Positions 1-12,790 of a stretch of DNA of 61,545 nt are shown here, in pieces; position 1 is the first letter of the stretch, and every line of letters starts with the position of its first letter. The translations under genes were made by a program, and so were the position numbers. The notes under the pieces were generated by a model that searched no databases, was not told where the DNA came from, and worked only from the letters and a program-made list of their open reading frames with translations. Source of the stretch: Rhynchobatus australiae (taxonomy: Eukaryota); the NCBI GenBank assembly GCA_034780895.1, contig JAUZTB010000064.1:56590563-56652107 (forward strand), given 5' to 3'.

Positions 1-994
1 CTGGACTCATTATCCAACTAATAGTTTGCCAATTTTTCTACTTTTCCCCCCTTTTCCCACTGCTGTGGACTCATTTTACTTGCCACACAAAGTTCAATCT
101 AATAAGTATCAAAGCAGGCTTTTCACAATACGATAATGACTAATGGCTACCAGTCAACCTCTCTTAAAGTGACAATTAAAAGTAGGAAGATTCATGCCTT
201 CATCCTACAGATTGTTGAAAATTTAATTTTTACATTTTTTTGCATTTATTTTATGTTTTCCTTTTTTCCCTCTCCTTATTACTCTTTTTGCACTTGATTT
301 GACATTTAATTTTCTCACTCTAGTTTTTGATTCTTCCTCTGTTTATTTCTCAGTTCTCAAGTTTTAATAAACTGTGTATTCCATTGTTCATCAAGGCTCC
401 AGATACCCAGTTGTCTTTGTCACATTTTCTAGCAACATTGTGGGCAAAGTTTTTAAAAACCTGGAAACCTAATGTACAAAGCATATCAGAAGGGGCCCTG
501 CTCCAGCAAAATCTGGGCCCATATTAATCAGCATTCATCACAATGAGAAAGAAGTGTTTTGAAAATTACACACAATTATTGTTGTTTGAATTACTTACAT
601 CTGCCAGTCGCAATTATAGTTCCATTGCAGTGCTGGCTACAAATGACTCCTTTATTGAAATTAACTAAATTAAAGTAACAAATCTAAATTGTTATGAGAA
701 GCAACTGGTTTTCAATTCAAATATAAAGAAGAACAACAAAGACAGATCAGGGATGTGTCTTATTAGAAATGGCGTACCAAAGTCTTTAGGTTTATTCAAC
801 ATGTAGATTTGGCTTTTAAAGTTGGGAAATGCACAACACTAAAGATCCTTTAGACAGACTGCCCATTCTGCATTTCTACATGTTGTTAGAGTCTGGAACC
901 ATCGCTTATTCTCCCTGTTCCTCCCATATGGAATTTTCCCCCTGTATTTTCTTAATACTGATGGCAATGCAATTAAATTGCAATTTATTTTGAG

Positions 995-1340
995 AAAGAA
1001 GGTCATGAGTGCAAATATAATTCTTGTGACTGGAATATGTTCTCTGGGCTGACACGATTGAGGGAGTGCTGTACAACTGAAGAACCCCAAGACCCTCCAT
1101 GATGTACTTAAAAGATGCTGTCTTTTTTAAGATTAACCCCACAACTAACATCAAAAATAAGTAAGTTATCTAGTCATTTGCTTCATTGCTGTTTGTGGGA
1201 TCTTGCAAAGTACAAATTGCCTATTGGTTTCTTGATCTTACAAAGACAACTACGCATAAAAAAAATCCTTAATGGACTGTGAACTCCTTTGGAGTGCCCT
1301 TTGAAAGTGAAAGGTGCAATTTATATGCAAACTTTCTTCC
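995..1340 (+). mobile_element. DeuSINE (SacSINE1/AmnSINE1-like), decayed
   Basis: Deu-domain motifs ggctgacac..tgagggagtgctg and ttatctagtcatttgcttcattgctgtttgtgggatcttgc, plus tail gtgaaaggtgcaatttatatgcaaactttctt, matching the recalled family consensus. Confidence 0.75.
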
Positions 1341-2680
1341 TGTACTTTAGCTGCAATTAGTAACCATTTGCTGACCCGGCCAGGGAGAAAATGGTTGTTA
1401 GGCTATTCTATACCAAAGTAAGCTCTGTTGTTTATCAAAAGGACAAGGCAAGAGAGCCCGAAGCTGGATTTATTCAATTTGGATGAAGTTTGGGTTTTTA
1501 TAAAGTAATGTGGACTGGCATGACTTTGAGCCAAATTCCATCCCCTTTGGTTACAAATCTGACCCACTGAAGCTTCCCATACTGCCTATTGATATATGAA
1601 GGTGCCCCAACAACGAGGCATCTTTGCACAGGGCTATATTTAGAGTTTAAACAAAATATTTATGCAATGTACCTCTTCTTAGTTTATGATACTCAATTAA
1701 AATGCAGTTCTAGTGTGAAAAATTCAAAAGAAAACATACACCAGGGCCTATAAAATACTTGCCCAAGCCAACGTAATTGTAATTCATGCAAAACTGCTCA
1801 GAATAGAAAAGTACCTCAGGCAATCCTTTTTGATCATGGTGTCAGTAGTACAGTATGTCACTGCTTCTCACTGAGGGGCTAATTATCACATCAAAAATAT
1901 AAGAAAAATGCAATGAGAAGCAAAATAAAATTAACCCAATAGCAAACATGTTTTACAAAGTTTATTCAGTGTATGAAACAAGCTAAAAATAAACAGATAA
2001 TTCTAATTGAAGAAAACCTGCAGCGATAAAAGCTCAGAGAAACAGTTGAGGAGATTAAAACATATGCAGCAGTCTGCAAAGGAATGAAAGTAGTAAGGGA
2101 AAACAACAAAGAAAAATAAGGCAAACTGTTTGGAACTGGCCTAAAAACATTTTGGGGACTTTCTGACCAAGGATGAATTTCTGCTTCATGGTNNNNNNNN
2201 NNNNNNNNNNNNNNNNNNNNNNNNNNNNNNNNNNNNNNNNNNNNNNNNNNNNNNNNNNNNNNNNNNNNNNNNNNNNNNNNNNNNNNNNNNNNNNNNNNNN
2301 NNNNNNNNNNNNNNNNNNNNNNNNNNNNNNNNNNNNNNNNNNNNNNNNNNNNNNNNNNNNNNNNNNNNNNNNNNNNNNNNNNNNNNNNNNNNNNNNNNNN
2401 NNNNNNNNNNNNNNNNNNNNNNNNNNNNNNNNNNNNNNNNNNNNNNNNNNNNNNNNNNNNNNNNNNNNNNNNNNNNNNNNNNNNNNNNNNNNNNNNNNNN
2501 NNNNNNNNNNNNNNNNNNNNNNNNNNNNNNNNNNNNNNNNNNNNNNNNNNNNNNNNNNNNNNNNNNNNNNNNNNNNNNNNNNNNNNNNNNNNNNNNNNNN
2601 NNNNNNNNNNNNNNNNNNNNNNNNNNNNNNNNNNNNNNNNNNNNNNNNNNNNNNNNNNNNNNNNNNNNNNNNNNNNNNNN

Positions 2681-3055
2681 AGGAAGACTAAGCAGAGATT
2701 TAATTAAGATGTGTAAAATGATGGAGGAATTGGAAAGAATAAATAAAGAGAGATCAATTCCAGTGACAGAAGGTTTGGTGACCAGGGGTTACAGATTTAA
2801 GATAATTAGTAGAAGAGCCAGAGGTGAGACAAGAAAAATATTTTGCTCTGTTCTAGAAGGTATTGCTTTAATGGATGCTGAAGTATATTCAATAATTTTC
2901 AGAAGGAAAGCAATGGAGTTATTTGAGGGGAGGCAAAACGGGACTACTAGGAAAGAACAGAGGATCAGGACAAATTGAATAGCTTTTCCAAAGAGCTGGC
3001 AGGCACAATGGGGCAAATAGCTTCCTCCTTTCCTAACTTGCCGTATGATTTGATT
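2681..3055 (+). mobile_element. CR1-clade LINE 3' end
   Basis: Translates RRLSRDLIKMCKMMEELERINKER...VTRGYRFKII, the CR1 ORF2 C-terminus (RRLRGDLIEVYK...TRGHRFK), followed by a typical 3' UTR. Truncated by a gap. Confidence 0.8.
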
Positions 3056-4229
3056 GGTTAAATGTTGCTACTTGTACCATGCAATGTTAGCAGCAATTTT
3101 ACAGCAGCTTTAATAGTCTTGCAGCTTCAATAATCTTATGTTTTGAGAAAATACTAAATCCAAAAGCATCATCTATGCTTAAGCATACAATCACATTTTA
3201 AGTTACTATTCAGGAAAAATATTCAAGTCTTCCTTCTACTTTGGAGAAAACTATTTAGAATAATGTAATGATCTTTTGAATCTATAGCTACATTGCATTG
3301 TATACCCCTGTGGCCTGAGCAATTTCAATGAGCATGAACAGCATAATTCACCTTTGTTTAAAGGCTGCCTCTTCCTGCTTGGGCAATGGATATTGTTTGC
3401 ACCTTTACAAAAATATGTACTAATATGTCAAAAGGAATCTAACAGGTCTCTCCTATTGTGAAATAAGGCTTGAGAAAGTTGTAAAATCAAGGTGAATTCC
3501 TCATGTTTCTAACTAAAGTAAAAATCATATACTTATTGTAAAATATATGACAATAGCAATGTCAAACATCAAAACAGCTTCTTAAAGCGACACTTGATTA
3601 TAAGCCTTAAAGTGTACAATTGTGTCCAATACTTGTAATAATTACTACGGAATTTCAATGCATAATGTTGATATTATTTTATTGAGGAATGGATTCACAG
3701 CATTCTAGCCAAATTTACTTGAGCGAGATTAGGAACAAGCCATCAGTTGCTTACCTTTCCCTAACTCAGGCAAAATAGTTCACTTAATTAATAATAAGAT
3801 GGAGGCATTTGCAAGATCTGTTAGAAGATTAATCAATTTTAAGTATAGATTGTGACTGTCAGAAGGTTTAATTTTAAGTAATAGTTTCAGTCTATCAGCA
3901 GGCATGTGGTTGGCTGTGGAAGGGAAAAAGTTGTTTAAAGTTCCATGTTATCATGCCTAATTAATGGATAACAGTGATAACTTTTCTTTCAGCTGGACTG
4001 TGGAAAAAGCTCACCTCTTCCTACTGGTTACAAAATTTGGCCTTGTGGCATATGATTTTGGACATGACAGTGACCAGATTGGTTACAAATTGACTTGCAA
4101 TGTGCAATATGCAAGCATAAAAATTAACAACACAGGAAGGAGGTAATTGGTTTGTGTGTCTATGCTGGCTAAAGTAGAGTTATTAAAGGCATTCCAACTC
4201 TCAAACCAAAGACCAATAATTTATATCAA

Positions 4230-4595
4230 GTGCTCATCCAGGTAATTTTTAACTTTTATGAGGGTTTCCGCTTCAGATTCCCTAAAGGCAGGTTGTTCCA
4301 ATCCACCACCAATCATAGTGAAACATTTTCCTCAGTTTCCCATTAATTCTTCCATTTTAAATCTGTGTCCCCTGGTTAATAGCATAACTGCTGAGGGAAA
4401 TAGGACATTCCTATCTGTTCTTTCTAGGCCTCGGACAATTTTCAATGCCTCAAATTCATCTCACATTAGCTTCCACCAGTGAAAATGAACCCAGTTTCCA
4501 ATCTTTTCTCATAATTGAACTCCTCCGTTCCCAGCAACATCATTGCAGCTCTTCTTTACAGCCTCTGTCATGGTATCAAATCCTTCCTTTAGAGA
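4230..4595 (-). mobile_element. CR1-clade LINE 3' fragment
   Basis: ttaaatctgtgtcccctggt is the reverse complement of TRGHRFK; the flanking sequence matches the CR1 ORF2 C-terminus. Confidence 0.7.
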
Positions 4596-4730
4596 TAGCT
4601 GATGTGTTGGTTTTAGTTTTCTAAAACTGCCTGGATTTGCATGTTCAAGAGGCTTAAAAGCTACTCGTATGTTTTTTGGAATGTGGGGTGACCAGAAGTG
4701 TAATTAATAAGGGTTTAGAGAGGGAGAGGG

Positions 4731-5630
4731 ATTGAATATGGGGTGGAAAAATAGAAGAAAGAAATTGCCAAGTCACATTTTCCAAATGAATGGAAACATT
4801 TTATAGGACCACATATGTAGGAGCAGGGCAGCAGTACAGAATCAAGCCATATTATGTGTGACATGGTGGCATGTGGCTTGAATCATGTTGAGAGTGTGCA
4901 GAGCTGTGCCAGGCACAAGTATGTAGTCAAGACAGATTGAGCTGCATTGTTCTAGACCTGACCCACCACCTGACCTCACCCCCATGCTACCCACCAATCA
5001 GCACTTACTTTGGACCCAGCGCTCCCCACTCAGCAGGTAACCAGCCAGGTGAGGTGGGGCCCATTGAGGAGGTGCGAGCTCCTGCCCAAGGAACATACAG
5101 AAAGCCTTAAACAGCTTGCTGGCTAGAAGACTTTTAACAGTTTTTAAATGTATTGTTTAATTTAAAAGCTATTAAAATAGGTATAGATATTTGAAAAAGA
5201 ACTGAGTAATCTGTAAATCATCTTTTAGTAACCTTATTACCTTTTTTACTCAGATTAAGTGACTCAGATCAAATGAACGTAATCACTTTCTTTATGTCAG
5301 CTTTCCCTGGCATAGGGTGAGGTCTGGGCATTCAGCCCCTATCTTGAGCGATCCATTGCTGCACTCAATGGTGAACCCATGGGTGGAGTGGACAGCCAGC
5401 TACACTGGTGTCTAACTTGTGTCTAGGTTCCACCTTTCACTGCATATGTGTAGAAGTCTGAGACATGATTCAACATGATTCAAGACATATGCCACCATGT
5501 AGCATGCAACATGATTTGATACTGTGCTGCTCTCCTGCTCTGTACCTGTGATCCTATAAAATGTTTTCATTTGTTTGGATAATGGTATCTGGCAATGTTC
5601 TTTCTTCTATTTTTCCACTCCATATTCAAT
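4731..5630. repeat. Long terminal inverted repeat element (foldback/MITE-like); arms 4731-4891 and 5470-5630
   Basis: attgaatatggggtggaaaaatagaagaaagaa... pairs with ...ttctttcttctatttttccactccatattcaat. Arms ~160 bp and roughly 80% identical by eye, non-coding interior. Confidence 0.8.
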
Positions 5631-6020
5631 ACATTAAAAATTTAAGATGATATGTAACCATAACCTCTGTTGCATAACTGCATTATAGGTCCGGTCCCAT
5701 GAAAACGCTTTACAAATGGTGCCTAGAGTACATTAAAGGTCATGTTTTAGCAGCAAANNNNNNNNNNNNNNNNNNNNNNNNNNNNNNNNNNNNNNNNNNN
5801 NNNNNNNNNNNNNNNNNNNNNNNNNNNNNNNNNNNNNNNNNNNNNNNNNNNNNNNNNNNNNNNNNNNNNNNNNNNNNNNNNNNNNNNNNNNNNNNNNNNN
5901 NNNNNNNNNNNNNNNNNNNNNNNNNNNNNNNNNNNNNNNNNNNNNNNNNNNNNNNNNNNNNNNNNNNNNNNNNNNNNNNNNNNNNCCCAGTAAAGCAGCA
6001 GGGAGTCTGATTTAAATATT

Positions 6021-6045
6021 CTGCTGGCTGGCTGGCTGGCTGGCT
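6021..6045 (+). repeat. (GCTG)n microsatellite
   Basis: ctgctggctggctggctggctggct. Confidence 0.8.
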
Positions 6046-7261
6046 TTACCAGGGTTTGAGTGATTGGCTTTGAAATGGGAGCTGTTGGATTAAACAGGGC
6101 TCAGAGGAAAAGGATTGCTCCCTTCATGGCTCCTCCAGCAAATATTTTGCTGTGATCTGCTCAATCCTATAAGCCAATGTATTCTGCCTGTGATCTTTGC
6201 CAGGCCTTTTTAAGTTTCATGATCTTTGTTAAGCTTCTTTCTGCCTGGTGATTTTTAAAAATCATTTTGACACCTTCTCTCACTCTGTAATCTTTGCTCT
6301 GATATTCTCCAATTGTTGACAATCTCCTCTTTAGTTCCTTGGTCTTTGTTAATTTCTTTTGCTCCATTCCTTGACTCCATGCCCTGAGATCTGGTGTTGT
6401 GTTCTATGGTGTTTCCAAATTAACTCTGACCATCCCCAATGATTCAAATGGAAAAGTTTAAAGCTTTTAAAGACAGAAGGCCGTCTTGTTGTTTTCATGT
6501 TACCCTGAGCACACTCAGTTCTTCTTCCTGCACCCCTATCAACAATGAAACCCTTCCATTTATCCAGGCAGATTTTTAAAAATGTTCTCCTCAGTGGTGG
6601 TTCAGATAATTTATGTAAACACATGATACTTGCAAAGACTTCAGCCTTAAGTCTACTTCTGACATAAGATGTTAATTTGAAATGTCAGAGAAAGCTTCAG
6701 AGAGGAGTGGAAAATGCACTCAGATAGCTGAAGGTAACTCCCTCCTGATCCAATTGGGTGTCTGATTGATAGAGATGGTGTGAAGTCTTCCAGGGCTTTC
6801 CTGGTTCTGCTACAGAACAAGTGGGAGGCTGTCTAGAAAACCTCAATCAATATTTCAATTGAGGGTCATCCACTGTAACAATAGAAAGAAACTCGAATTA
6901 TCAAATTAACCAGAGTAAAGTCAGGGTAATTACTGAAATTTCACATTGGCCTGGATTTTGCTAAGTGACACCCACCTTTCCTAAATTAGGTGCTGATCAA
7001 GTAGTTTGGTTTGATTAGTGTTAAGGTTCTTCAGTGTATTTGTACTGATCCAGACATATGGAGGGTTTTTCCNNNNNNNNNNNNNNNNNNNNNNNNNNNN
7101 NNNNNNNNNNNNNNNNNNNNNNNNNNNNNNNNNNNNNNNNNNNNNNNNNNNNNNNNNNNNNNNNNNNNNNNNNNNNNNNNNNNNNNNNNNNNNNNNNNNN
7201 NNNNNNNNNNNNNNNNNNNNNNNNNNNNNNNNNNNNNNNNNNNNNNNAATGCTATTGAATG

Positions 7262-7500
7262 TTAAGGGTAGGTGGTTAGTCAGTCTTGCTGGAGAATGTC
7301 AATGCCTAGCACTTGTTGGGGGAGAATATTATTTATATTTTATTGGCCTGTGTTTCAATATTGTCCAGGTCTTGATGCATCTATGCATGCACTGCTTCAT
7401 TTGTTAAGGAGCTGCAAATGGAATTGAACATTGTGCAATCATCAGTGAACATTTCCACTTCTGAATTTATGATGGAAGCAGCTGAAGGTTGTTGGTTGGG
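7262..7500 (-). mobile_element. CR1/L2-group LINE reverse transcriptase fragment
   Basis: Reverse strand reads ...SIINSEVEMFTDDCTMFNSI...MHQDLDNI, a degenerate FADD catalytic motif. Confidence 0.75.
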
Positions 7501-9664
7501 TCTAACTCAGATAGGCCATGTTTAGTTTACACTTAAGTCAGGATCCTGTAAGCTGATGGTTGGGTTGAGCTCAGGTCAAGGCTCAGACTGGTCCTGGCTG
7601 GGTCAGGTTTAGATAGGCAATGATTGGGTCAGGGTCTGTTCGGGTTCAGATGAATCACAGGTGGATTGGGCTTAGGCCAAAGTTAATTTTACTTCTGAGT
7701 AGACCTCCGTTTACTGCATCAAGTCTTAACTTGGGATGGTGCTGACAGTTCCATGTAGAATTGTCAGCAGCTTCCAGCAAAACCTGGGTCATTAAGACTA
7801 TGAAGAAATTTCATCTTGGCACTATTATAGGATCCAGCAGAACTGCTGAAAGCCATCATGAGGCTCTTTTTTCCTTTTAATTTCCAGATAATATATTTAC
7901 CTTTACTGAAAACCTCCCCTTCTTGTACTGTGCATAGTTGTCATGTTTTGTGAACCTTTAATTAATCTAAAAGTTGTGTTCAGCAGTCATGTTTATTAAG
8001 GAGGATGAAGCGGTATTCTGTAGCTGTCTAATGGTCATTTAAGGAAAGTAAATTGATAGCCACACCATGAGTTTTCAGGACTCACTCTTCTACTAATTTT
8101 CATCAAACAATCAGAAAACCATTAGAGGATGACAGATGGATTTTTCACCTTAATTATGTTGACCTAATGGATATTGGCTGCTGAAATCCGAAGTATTGAT
8201 GGCGCTTACACAACTTAATGCCATAAGTCAATGCATGTGTGGCTATAAATATTTTCTGCTTAAGAACTGTATGTAAATGTTATTACAGATTTCCGTTGGG
8301 TAGATAGCTCACACATCATATAAACCTGTCAGCTTATAAATCAGATGTAGATTGGATGGAATTGATGGATAGAAATGTGAGTTGAAAACAAATTGTGTTT
8401 ATTTATTTACTTTTTTTAAAGTAAGTTCCATGAGAGAAGTTTTTATTCCATATCTCAAATTTTTGGGTATTGACTTATAGTAATTCACCCCTGCANNNNN
8501 NNNNNNNNNNNNNNNNNNNNNNNNNNNNNNNNNNNNNNNNNNNNNNNNNNNNNNNNNNNNNNNNNNNNNNNNNNNNNNNNNNNNNNNNNNNNNNNNNNNN
8601 NNNNNNNNNNNNNNNNNNNNNNNNNNNNNNNNNNNNNNNNNNNNNNNNNNNNNNNNNNNNNNNNNNNNNNNNNNNNNNNNNNNNNNNNNNNNNNNNTGGC
8701 TATTTGATATACAACAAACTAAACTGATACATTAGATCAAAAATTTATTTAAACCAGAGAAGAATCAAGGTCAGAGCCATGGGCTAACACTGATATTGTT
8801 AAATGAATTCTTTTGAGGTACAAGAACCTTTTACACCTCAGAATATTTCAGAATGCCAAATATAACTGTTGGTCTCCTTGAGTTAATATGAACATGTAGA
8901 ATTTCCTTTTCGTATCTGAATCAGATATAAATAAGGAAAAGCAAAGCAAACCTTGTGAAAGAGCAATGCAAGTTTTTTTTTCCCGGCAGTTAGCATTGTG
9001 TTACACGAGACTTTAAGGTGGTTATTATTCAATATCACAGTGAAGACTTCTAAGAGACTTATTTAGGCCTTACTCTATCTGTTTTCCAGACAGAAAGTAG
9101 GAACCCCAAGGTCTAATTTAGGGGGAAATGTCTGTCAAAATCAGCATTAAAGCTTTAAACCAATGCCTTATTGGTTTGATTGCTGTTGAGGTCATAAACC
9201 TTTTGAAAATGATAATTTAAAATCTCCTTGCCTGATTGGTGTAACTAGGCAGTACTTGTACCTGGACTGTTCATAATCTTAATTTTCTAAATTTGGGGTA
9301 GAAATTGTTGGCAGATATTTTACTTAATATATAATTTCTTATGATGTAAAATGTGTGATTGGTTTAACAAAAAGCATCTGTGACTATTTTAACAATAAGT
9401 TGATAATGGATCATTAAACAACAGTCCAACGAGAACTGTATACATCTAAAGAAACTTTGAGGTGACTGTACTTCCACATAAATCTGATCATGAAGTATTT
9501 GTATATGCACCTCATTTCAGGTTCTTATGCCGCAGTGCCCTCTAGCTGTGCAATATATATAATAACTATAATTAGGGGTATTTTCCCCAAAAGGTGAATT
9601 GTAAATGTCCTGTAATTGTACTATTTAAAAGAATATTGAAATCTCACCATCACAGTAGTGAGGA

Positions 9665-10985
9665 GAACATAAAGAATAAAAAGAATAGATGTAGTAGAGG
9701 TCCATCTGACCCCTTAAGCTTCCTCCATGATTCAGTAAGACCATGGCCAATCCAATTTAGTAAATCATATCGACTTTCCTGTGTTCTGTAATTCGATTAC
9801 TGTCTAAAAATCTGTTGATATCATCCTTTAAGGTACTTAATGAATGAGTATCCACAGGATTCCAGTTTAGAGAATTCCAAAAATCTGCCGTCTTCCTCAC
9901 TGCAGTCCCAAATGGCCAGCCTCTTCTCCCCACTTACAGATTCTCTGGACAGATGGAAGAACCTCCCAGCATCCATTCTGTGAATTCCTCTCAGAATCAT
10001 GTCTGTCTCATTGAAATCACCTCTCATTCTACTGAATTCCAGTGAGCGTAACACACTCTTACTCTATTTGTCCTGACAGGATAAACCCGTCATTGTGACA
10101 AAACAATTTGCTGACTCTGCACTGAACAGACTTCAAGGAAAATATGCACTTACCTAGCTAGGAAGTATAAAACTGCATTCTCACTGCCTGGTAAGGTCTC
10201 AGCTGATCCAAGTGCAATTGTAACAAGACTCCTCACCCTTACACGCCAACCCAGCTGCAAAAAAAGTTTGCTGTCCTTGCATGATTCCTTTCTGCATTTC
10301 ATGAACCAACACTTCAATATCAATTTGAACACCAACATCCACTCATTTCTCACTGTTTAAAAGATATTCTGTTTTCCTGTTCTTTCTACCAAAGTGAATA
10401 AATTCACATATTTCCACATTATCCTCCATCTGCCTCCTTCTTATCCATTGACTTAACCTGATTGCATAAATTTGCAAACCCCTACAACACTCACTTTCTC
10501 ACCTGGTTNNNNNNNNNNNNNNNNNNNNNNNNNNNNNNNNNNNNNNNNNNNNNNNNNNNNNNNNNNNNNNNNNNNNNNNNNNNNNNNNNNNNNNNNNNNN
10601 NNNNNNNNNNNNNNNNNNNNNNNNNNNNNNNNNNNNNNNNNNNNNNNNNNNNNNNNNNNNNNNNNNNNNNNNNNNNNNNNNNNNNNNNNNNNNNNNNNNN
10701 NNNNNNNNNNNNNNNNNNNNNNNNNNNNNNNNNNNNNNNNNNNNNNNNNNNNNNNNNNNNNNNNNNNNNNNNNNNNNNNNNNNNNNNNNNNNNNNNNNNN
10801 NNNNNNNNNNNNNNNNNNNNNNNNNNNNNNNNNNNNNNNNNNNNNNNGTGGCCAGTAATGCATCTTATTAATAATTGTGCATAGCTAAAGACATGATTGC
10901 TGGCACCCCACTAGTAAGAGTCTGCTAATCTGAAAAAGACCTATTTATTGTTACTTTCTCTTTTCTGTTCACGAACAAGCCTCAT
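9665..10985 (-). mobile_element. CR1 (HER1-like) LINE 3' portion, spanning a gap
   Basis: ORF 9821-10054 LEFSRMRGDFNETDMILRGIHRMDAGRFF. The far side of the gap encodes NRKEKVTINRSFS..TSGVP. Reverse-complement 3' tail at 9665. Confidence 0.8.
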
Positions 10986-11051
10986 CTAACTGTCTCTCCC
11001 AGCTAAAGATCCCAGCTCTGAGATATGACTCTATGATCCCCCTATCCTGAT

Positions 11052-11175
11052 TGAAAATCTGCTCCACTATCCTCCCCCCCCCCGCCCCTCCAACAATCCC
11101 TGGATGCCAATCTGAAAATCTGCTCCACTATCCTCCCCCCCCCCCCACCCCTCCAACAATCCCTGGATGTCAATC
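11052..11175 (+). repeat. Tandem duplication of a ~62 bp C-rich unit (2 copies)
   Basis: tgaaaatctgctccactatcct-polyC-..cccctccaacaatccctggatg(c/t)caatc at 11052-11112 and 11113-11175. Confidence 0.9.
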
Positions 11176-12454
11176 TTTGTCCTAACTCCAACCCTCTCCT
11201 GAGCTCTCTCAGCCAACCCTCCAGTCCAATTCTCTACCAGTCTAACATTAGTCTTCTTCTGATACCCTACCATCTTGCCACTTGTACCCCACCAATGGTA
11301 TTCAGTAGTATACAGTGTCTTGGGCTTTGTTCATTTCTGAATCTCCTGGTAGTGGCCCTATGAAGTAATCCTCATTGGCTCACCTGTTTAAAAATGTCTT
11401 TTTTTTGGTTTCTGGGCATTTCCCTTTGAACTATTTGTTAACCTCTCTAAGTTTTGTCAAAAGAATATGCGGCAGGAATGTGTAAAGATGTCCCAACCCA
11501 GAAGTCTGAGAATATGTGGATATTCTTCAAGGAAAGTTCTGTTTTCATTTTCTCGCCAGGACTGATCATCACCAATCACCTACCCACCGCCTCCACCCAC
11601 CGCCGTGATGGTCTCCATTCCCAGGTGATGGCCTTCATGACTACTTGGATGCTTTCTTCAACATTGACCCTAGTTGATTTCCTACCTGATGCACTACATT
11701 TCCTCCTCAACCCCATATCCAAACTGTTCCTCTGTTGATTGATCATCCCTCCNNNNNNNNNNNNNNNNNNNNNNNNNNNNNNNNNNNNNNNNNNNNNNNN
11801 NNNNNNNNNNNNNNNNNNNNNNNNNNNNNNNNNNNNNNNNNNNNNNNNNNNNNNNNNNNNNNNNNNNNNNNNNNNNNNNNNNNNNNNNNNNNNNNNNNNN
11901 NNNNNNNNNNNNNNNNNNNNNNNNNNNNNNNNNNNNNNNNNNNNNNNNNNNNNNNNNNNNNNNNNNNNNNNNNNNNNNNNNNNNNNNNNNNNNNNNNNNN
12001 NNNNNNNNNNNNNNNNNNNNNNNNNNNNNNNNNNNNNNNNNNNNNNNNNNNNNNNNNNNNNNNNNNNNNNNNNNNNNNNNNNNNNNNNNNNNNNNNNNNN
12101 NNNNNNNNNNNNNNNNNNNNNNNNNNNNNNNNNNNNNNNNNNNNNNNNNNNNNNNNNNNNNNNNNNNNNNNNNNNNNNNNNNNNNNNNNNNNNNNNNNNN
12201 NNNNNNNNNNNNNNNNNNNNNNNNNNNNNNNNNNNNNNNNNNNNNNNNNNNNNNNNNNNNNNNNNNNNNNNNNNNNNNNNNNNNNNNNNNNNNNNNNNNN
12301 NNNNNNNNNNNNNNNNNNNNNNNNNNNNNNNNNNNNNNNNNNNNNNNNNNNNNNNNNNNNNNNNNNNNNNNNNNNNNNNNNNNNNNNNNNNNNNNNNNNN
12401 NNNNNNNNNNNNNNNNNNNNNNNNNNNNNNNNNNNNNNNNNNNNNNNNNNNNNN

Positions 12455-12790
12455 ATGAGAAAGTACTTACTGGGTGAGCAAAAGCAAGTGTGGGTGGATA
12501 GTCTGATCTGAGGCATCAAATACATAAGTCTATGAAATTATATTTATAGGTAGATAAAGCTTTAAAGATGCTGAATCTATTTATTTATAATATAAAATCT
12601 TGTAGACTACAATTAAAACGCTGAATGTACAGTTTTGTATCCAGTAATAAAAAGGATCTCAAAACCATAAAGAATATACAACACTCACTTACCAGGTTAG
12701 GACTAAAAGATGAAGAACATAGTCACGTGAAAGGGCTTGAGAAACTGAAATAATTTTTATAAAAGAGGGAAATAGGAGAACTGTACTTTA
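12455..12790 (+). mobile_element. Highly decayed CR1 ORF2 fragment
   Basis: tataaaatcttgtagactac...tgtacagttttgtatcc...aaaggatctc...gggcttgagaaactg echo YKSLVRP..VQFWSP..KDI..RLEKL. Confidence 0.5.
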
